Origin: an uncultured virus (IMG/VR IMGVR_UViG_3300028577_000011)
Lineage: Duplodnaviria > Heunggongvirae > Uroviricota > Caudoviricetes
Reading direction: 5' to 3' (one strand)
IMG/VR virus record: IMGVR_UViG_3300028577_000011
DNA length: 20,000 bases
Shown here in pieces: positions 15,260 to 20,000 of this stretch (position 1 is the first letter of the stretch; every line of letters begins with the position of its first letter). The notes under the pieces were generated by a model that was not told the DNA's origin, ran no database searches, and saw only the letters and a program-made list of their open reading frames with translations. The translations under genes were made by a program, and so were the position numbers.

Positions 15260-16348
15260 TCAGTCAGCCAGTCTTGACAGGTGCTCGTACACCAGCTCAT
15301 CGATGATCTGCCTGGCCTCGTCAATGGGATCCCACGTCTGCGTGTGATCAAAGCCCAGCTTCTTGACCTTCAACTTGCCGTCGGGGTCACGGGTGACCTT
15401 GGCATCCTGGCCTGGGTTGAACCGCGTGTTGGTGGTGGGCCCGGGACCGTAGGCCTTGCCCTTGTAGCGGGTGTGGACGGGACGGTTGTTCTTGCGGCCG
15501 TAGATGCGGTAGGTGTCCTTCGACGCGCCGGGGGTACGGACGCTGTTGGCCGGGTCAGCCTTGGGTTTCTTGGCCCAATCGGGCTGTTCTGCCTTGGGAC
15601 GGTCATATGTACCAGCGCTGGGTGGCTTGGCCCAATAAGGTTGTTCTGCCTTGGGCGGGGGTGGGCGACCGGGTCGAGGTTTTTCGACATAGCCCTTCTT
15701 GCGCTTGTCATTGATCTGTGCCTGCGCCACGTGGACCGCCATGCCGTTTGCACTGTAATCCTCGGTAGTGGTTTGACCCGCTGAACCGATGCGGCCCCAT
15801 CGCTTGGTGAGTTTATTACCACTAACGCTGATCTCCCAGAACTTGCTCGATGAACCACCCACGAATTCGAAGTAGCGAGGCTCTCTGAACCCGCTCTTTC
15901 GTTGCTCCTCCTGCGCTTTCTTCGCCGAGGCCTGGTCATTGTATGTTCCACCGGCCGATGCTGGTGGGGGTGGCTGCTTTTTCCACCATGCATCGCGCTC
16001 GTCGCGTTTGCTGGAATTCCATCCGTCTTGTGGCGGGGGAGGTGCTGCCTTGGGTGGTGCCGCATGGGCCTTCGCCGCCTTGGGATCTTCATAACCCTTG
16101 AATTCGGCGCCGAACCTGAACTTGTTGGTGGGGTTGAGCAGCCGATCCTTGGCATTGTTGATGTCGACCATCTTGCCGTGGGCGTTGGGATCGCCTGCGT
16201 TGCGGTCGGGGTGGTGCTGGAGGGCCAACTTCTTCCATGCCGCCTTGATCTGATCCTCCGACGCACCCTTGGGCACCCCGAGGATATCATAGGCGTTGAG
16301 CAGGGCCTCTTGGATCAGGCGCCTGACCTCGTGGATGTTGAGCCTCAT
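15260..16348 (-). CDS. DnaJ (J-domain) - WGR domain fusion protein
   Basis: J-domain AYDILGV...IKAAWKKLALQHHPDRN...INNAKDRL and WGR domain GSSSKFWEI...RWGRIGSAGQ...KRKKGY, joined by Pro/Ala-rich linkers. Confidence 0.88.
   Translation of the reverse strand: MRLNIHEVRRLIQEALLNAYDILGVPKGASEDQIKAAWKKLALQHHPDRNAGDPNAHGKMVDINNAKDRLLNPTNKFRFGAEFKGYEDPKAAKAHAAPPKAAPPPPQDGWNSSKRDERDAWWKKQPPPPASAGGTYNDQASAKKAQEEQRKSGFREPRYFEFVGGSSSKFWEISVSGNKLTKRWGRIGSAGQTTTEDYSANGMAVHVAQAQINDKRKKGYVEKPRPGRPPPPKAEQPYWAKPPSAGTYDRPKAEQPDWAKKPKADPANSVRTPGASKDTYRIYGRKNNRPVHTRYKGKAYGPGPTTNTRFNPGQDAKVTRDPDGKLKVKKLGFDHTQTWDPIDEARQIIDELVYEHLSRLAD
15569..15655. repeat. Intragenic 30-bp imperfect direct repeat (PKAEQPxWAK twice)
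   Basis: cttggcccaatcgggctgttctgccttggg (15569-15598) versus cttggcccaataaggttgttctgccttggg (15626-15655). Confidence 0.75.
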
Positions 16349-16398
16349 CACCGTAAATAGGGGTGTAGATGGGCGTGTGCGGGAGTAAAATGAAGAGC

Positions 16399-17712
16399 AT
16401 GAAGCGACTACTGGTGACGACGCAGTTGAGCAACTTTGTCGACGGTAAAGCAGATCTCGCTTGCGATAGCGGGTGGCAAATGTGCATCAACCGCATCCGC
16501 GAGATGCTACGATTGAACCCCAACCTCTACGTCGACATCATGGGACCCAATGAGGATCAGTTGGTGCAGCACCCCGCCGACGTCAATCCTGATCTGGTTG
16601 CGATGTACGGCGAGATCGACGTGCCACGATTGCGGTACATTGAGCACCCAATCGTCACCAGCGCGCTGATCACCCGCTATGACTTCAAGTGGTCGGAGAT
16701 CGCCGACTCAATGGGCCTCGAGGAACACAAGGCTGATGTCACCCAGCGCTATGACGCCGTCTATGTGAATGATCCCATGCAGCTCCGCGCCTTCAAGGCC
16801 ATGTTCCACGTCGTCGGGGGCTACCAACCCAAGTTCTTCGTGCACTCACACTTCGTCGACGTCCCCGAGGTCCCCAAGTTCCCAGCCGAAGCGTCGCTGT
16901 GGCTGGGCCAGTGCGAGGCCACGCTGAAGGCTGACTACAACTTCTGGCAGTGCGAGTCGGCGATGAACCAGTTCTTCGACAGCATGGGCAAGTGGTTCGT
17001 GCAGGACGTGGTCGACGACGTGCGGGCTAAATCGCAAGCGTCTGATGACGGGTATTCGATTGCGGAGATCACTTCGCCCATATGCCAAGCTAATCTACGG
17101 TTTACGGACGCTGAGTGGCGTGCCAAGACTAATGGTAAGGTGGTACTGTTCTTTCCCAATCGCATTAGCCAGAGTTCAAGTGATTACACGCGTGGTTGGT
17201 GGTTCACACATGAGTTCATGCCCAAACTTCGACAACGTCGCCAAGACTATGTCGTGGTGTGCGGTAATCCTAACATGAAGCTGTCGAATGATGAACTCGT
17301 TCAATTATGTGGGCCTCATGGTTATGTTAAGCTGCACGATCACACGTTCAATCGTGATGAGTATAAGTACGTTGCGTCACACAGTGACATTGTCGTAGCG
17401 CTGTATGATGCCAAGAGTGACGCGTACGGTGGGACGGCCTCTCGAGAATGCATTGAATTGGGGTGTGTACCATGCTGGCCTTCTTGCAATGAATATTTGA
17501 GCCTTGCTCGAGAAGCAAGAGTTGAACACCTATTGGCCAAGTCTGACTTGTCTGATTTAGTAGACGTCGCAGACAATCTCATTGGTCTTGCGGGTTCATC
17601 ATCTTTGCCATTGAAACAGTACAATGAACGATTGCGTGAAGTTGTACGTAGGCGCTGTTCGTTTGAACAGACTGTTCCCACAATGATGAAAAAGATGGGT
17701 CTACTATGCTAA
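16399..17712 (+). CDS. Putative GT-B fold glycosyltransferase
   Basis: About 437 aa from MKRLLVTTQLS, with YDAVYVNDP, FFVHSH, VLFFPNRI, EYKYVASHSDIVV and YGGTASRECIELGCVP (GT4-like E-x-x-x-x-G-x-P region). Start chosen 7 nt after TAAAAT. Confidence 0.65.
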   Translation: MKRLLVTTQLSNFVDGKADLACDSGWQMCINRIREMLRLNPNLYVDIMGPNEDQLVQHPADVNPDLVAMYGEIDVPRLRYIEHPIVTSALITRYDFKWSEIADSMGLEEHKADVTQRYDAVYVNDPMQLRAFKAMFHVVGGYQPKFFVHSHFVDVPEVPKFPAEASLWLGQCEATLKADYNFWQCESAMNQFFDSMGKWFVQDVVDDVRAKSQASDDGYSIAEITSPICQANLRFTDAEWRAKTNGKVVLFFPNRISQSSSDYTRGWWFTHEFMPKLRQRRQDYVVVCGNPNMKLSNDELVQLCGPHGYVKLHDHTFNRDEYKYVASHSDIVVALYDAKSDAYGGTASRECIELGCVPCWPSCNEYLSLAREARVEHLLAKSDLSDLVDVADNLIGLAGSSSLPLKQYNERLREVVRRRCSFEQTVPTMMKKMGLLC

Positions 17713-18731
17713 TTGAAGTTCTCGAAACATGGATCAAGACGCCTCGATACAAGAATCGTGGTAAACGACGATTGTTAGCGATTGTTGCGTGTGATGCGTG
17801 CGGCAAACGTGAACAGCTACCATACATCAACGGAATGTGGGAGACTCGAAAACGCGTCTGTTCACCTGAGTGTGATACAAAACTACGATCTCGTGGTGGT
17901 GCGCTTTATGCAAGTATCACGGCGACGAACGTAGAGCGATATGGCGCAAAGTACGCATCAGCGACTGATTTAGGAAAGCACAAACAGGAAGAGACAAATC
18001 TTAGAAAGTATGGATATAAGGCATCCTCACAATCACCTGAAGTTGAAGCTAAACGACTTAACACGTGTCTTTCTATGTATGGCGGACCTGCAGCAACAAG
18101 TGACGCGAACGTCAGAGCGAAAGTCAAGTTGACGTGTGATACCAAGTTTGGTGGTGGTGTGTTGCTCGATGATGATATTCGAGAGCAATTCAACGCAACT
18201 ATGGTAGAACGACATGGTGCACCGTGGGCAGCACAATCAGCAATCATTCTCGCTAAACAACATCAGACCAACATTGAACGTTATGGAGTTGCGTTTCCAT
18301 TCCACACAGATGAAGCGAAGTCAAGAGCACACTCACCCCAAGCGCTACTCAAACGCCATGAGACCATGAAGCGTAATGGCACATACAGGACTTCAAAGCC
18401 TGAAGACCGTCTCTATCAAGTTCTGTGTGAGATGTTTGATATAGACGACGTCGACCGCCAGACGCTCGTATACAAGTGGCCAATTGACTTCTACGCCAAG
18501 AGCATTGACACCTACGTACAGTACGACAGTTATTGGCATGGCGTCGGACGCGCAATCATTGAGGTCGCTGAACACAAGGTGCCTCGAGACGTCTCGATTC
18601 ACAAGAAGATGCTGACTGACATCGCTCAGGATGCGTACTTCGCCGAACGTGGCATGCGGCTCATTCGTGTGCAGAGCCTGACGCCTGAACAGATTACCCC
18701 CGCGGCCATGCGTCGCATGGGCCTGCTGTGA
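17706..18731 (+). CDS. Putative homing endonuclease: T(N/C)xx(R/K)YG helical repeats plus Vsr/DUF559-like nuclease domain
   Basis: Repeats TNVERYG, TNLRKYG, TCLSMYG, TCDTKFG, TMVERHG, TNIERYG. C-terminal SKPE...IDFY...QYDSYWHG...QD..F..RGMRLIRV. Confidence 0.75.
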   Translation: MLIEVLETWIKTPRYKNRGKRRLLAIVACDACGKREQLPYINGMWETRKRVCSPECDTKLRSRGGALYASITATNVERYGAKYASATDLGKHKQEETNLRKYGYKASSQSPEVEAKRLNTCLSMYGGPAATSDANVRAKVKLTCDTKFGGGVLLDDDIREQFNATMVERHGAPWAAQSAIILAKQHQTNIERYGVAFPFHTDEAKSRAHSPQALLKRHETMKRNGTYRTSKPEDRLYQVLCEMFDIDDVDRQTLVYKWPIDFYAKSIDTYVQYDSYWHGVGRAIIEVAEHKVPRDVSIHKKMLTDIAQDAYFAERGMRLIRVQSLTPEQITPAAMRRMGLL

Positions 18732-18732
18732 C

Positions 18733-19059
18733 ATGAAACCCGGTGACCTCATCGAGTGGGCGTACAAGTCGGACGGCAAAGTCGTTCACCCCCATGAAGA
18801 ATTGTGGTCATCGATCGAGAAACGCTACGTGCCCATCGGCGGCCTACACCTGTTCGTCAGCAATGTTGACGGCACCCTGACATGGCTGCCTCTGGGTGAG
18901 AATTGTAAGGGGTTGCTCCACGCGCGCGAGGCTGATACGATGGCCAGGTCGGGCCGGTCGTTCGCGACGAGCGGTTGCTCCACGCGCGCGAGGCTGATAC
19001 CGACCTGTACGGCGAGTGGTGCGACGACGAAGTCGGTTGCTCCACGCGCGCGAGGCTGA
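18733..19059 (+). CDS. Small hypothetical protein (MKPGDLIEW...) whose 3' end runs through the repeat array
   Basis: ATG immediately follows the upstream stop. The first ~58 codons look coding, and the stop TGA lies inside repeat 3. Confidence 0.55.
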   Translation: MKPGDLIEWAYKSDGKVVHPHEELWSSIEKRYVPIGGLHLFVSNVDGTLTWLPLGENCKGLLHAREADTMARSGRSFATSGCSTRARLIPTCTASGATTKSVAPRARG

Positions 19060-19062
19060 TAC
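18911..19062 (+). CRISPR. Orphan CRISPR-like mini-array: 3 x GGTTGCTCCACGCGCGCGAGGCTGATAC with two 34-nt spacers
   Basis: Identical 28-mers at 18911, 18973 and 19035 (period 62) with unique spacers. The repeat has an internal CC-A-CGCG-CGCG-A-GG dyad and a GTTGC...TGATAC frame like type I repeats. Orientation is inferred. Confidence 0.8.
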
Positions 19063-19111
19063 GGTAGGCGTGCCGAGACGTCGCCGATTGTACCCACGCC
19101 TGTACCACACC

Positions 19112-19139
19112 TGAACACTGATCTCTCATGTGGTACAGT
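19112..19139 (+). promoter_or_regulatory. Putative promoter TGAACA-N16-TACAGT, 7 nt before ATG (leaderless)
   Basis: Recurrent motif, with no SD before 19147. Confidence 0.6.
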
Positions 19140-19146
19140 CTAACCC

Positions 19147-20000
19147 ATGACCGAACGGGTATTGATCACGGGCGCGGCGGGTTTCATCGGCTCAAACCTG
19201 GTCACCCGGTGCCTGGCCGAAGGGTGGGTCGTCCGCGGCGTCGACGACATGAGCAGTGGCCACCGAGAACTGCTGCACCCCGCCTTTAATACTGGTAGCC
19301 TGTTGATCGGCGACTTTGCCGCTGATTTCGTCCTCAACTCGATCAGGGCACAGGCCTTCGACGTCGTCATTCACCTGGCGGCGACGCCCCGCGTCAGCTA
19401 TTCCGTCGAACACCCGCTGGAAACGCACGACAACAACGTCACCAAGACGCTGAAGTTGCTCGACGCCTGCACGGGCAACGTCAAACGCTTCGTCTTCGCC
19501 AGCTCCAGTGCCGTCTATGGTGGCGCGCTGGAGCTGCCCACTCCCGAGACGGCACCCAAGGAACCCAAGTCGCCCTATGCACTCCAGAAGTCGATCATTG
19601 AGGACTACCTGAAGTTGTACAGCAACCTCTACGGCCTCGACAGCGCTTGCCTGCGGTTCTTCAACGTCTTCGGCCCGGGCCAGTTGGGTAGCAATCCCTA
19701 TGCGACGGCGATCGCGGCGTGGCTGACAGCGATCAAGCGCGGCGAGCCCATGCGCAGCGACGGTGACGGCTTTCAAAGCCGCGACATGTGCTACGTCGAC
19801 AACGTCACTGATGCCTGTGCCAAGGCGGTGCAGAGCAAGGTACCCCTGATGGGAGCGTGTTACAACGTGGCCTGCGGCGACAATGTCTCCAACAACGACA
19901 TCTTGGCGGTGTTGCGGGCCCATTACCCAGAGGCGACCGTCGTCAATGCGCCGGCTCGACGGGGCGACGTGATGCACACCATGGCCGACGTGTCGAAGGC
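19147..20000 (+). CDS. NAD-dependent epimerase/dehydratase (UDP-sugar 4-epimerase-like), 3'-truncated by window edge
   Basis: MTERVLITGAAGFIGSNL, HLAA, FASSSAVYG, SPYALQK (YxxxK), LRFFNVFGP and GDGFQSRDMCYVDNV. Not in the ORF track because there is no stop in the window. Confidence 0.9.
   Translation, partial: MTERVLITGAAGFIGSNLVTRCLAEGWVVRGVDDMSSGHRELLHPAFNTGSLLIGDFAADFVLNSIRAQAFDVVIHLAATPRVSYSVEHPLETHDNNVTKTLKLLDACTGNVKRFVFASSSAVYGGALELPTPETAPKEPKSPYALQKSIIEDYLKLYSNLYGLDSACLRFFNVFGPGQLGSNPYATAIAAWLTAIKRGEPMRSDGDGFQSRDMCYVDNVTDACAKAVQSKVPLMGACYNVACGDNVSNNDILAVLRAHYPEATVVNAPARRGDVMHTMADVSK

Noticed and set aside
15370..16290. 306-aa alternative-frame ORF on the minus strand
   Set aside because: Low-complexity Arg/Pro/Ser off-frame reading of the DnaJ-WGR gene
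17706..18731. Endonuclease upstream of the array as a Cas effector
   Set aside because: No RuvC, HNH, HEPN, RAMP or Cas4 motifs were recognised, and the architecture fits a mobile endonuclease. A functional link cannot be supported from adjacency alone
19086..19100. GATTGTACCCACGCC as a degenerate fourth CRISPR repeat
   Set aside because: Only partial similarity to the 5' half, and it lies 51 nt rather than 62 nt after repeat 3
19192..19977. 261-aa minus-strand ORF
   Set aside because: Antisense to the clear epimerase gene starting at 19147

Overview
This window looks like part of a large dsDNA bacteriophage genome (jumbo-phage-like). It is densely coded, moderately GC-rich with AT-richer patches, and has no host housekeeping operon structure. 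Recognisable genes are a full-length DnaE-type DNA polymerase III alpha (7233-10934), three unrelated free-standing homing-type endonucleases (GIY-YIG, TnsA-like, Vsr/DUF559-like), a dNMP-kinase-like P-loop protein, an oligoribonuclease, two NDP-sugar epimerase/dehydratases, a putative glycosyltransferase and a DnaJ-WGR fusion. Many hypothetical ORFs fill the rest. The most notable signals beyond the ORF track are: (1) an orphan CRISPR-like mini-array (3 identical 28-nt repeats, two 34-nt spacers, 18911-19062) embedded in the 3' end of a small ORF, with no cas genes in the window; (2) an unannotated 21-aa hydrophobic peptide gene (5492-5557, minus) with a structured 5' UTR, sequestered SD and 3' hairpin, resembling a type I toxin locus; (3) a shared N-terminal M-x-T-T-x-x-x-L-(K/R)-x-(L/V)-I-x-E leader on otherwise unrelated proteins, a candidate virion-targeting signal; and (4) two classes of phage promoter motif, one predicting leaderless mRNAs. 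All family assignments come from motif recognition by eye; no database search was run.
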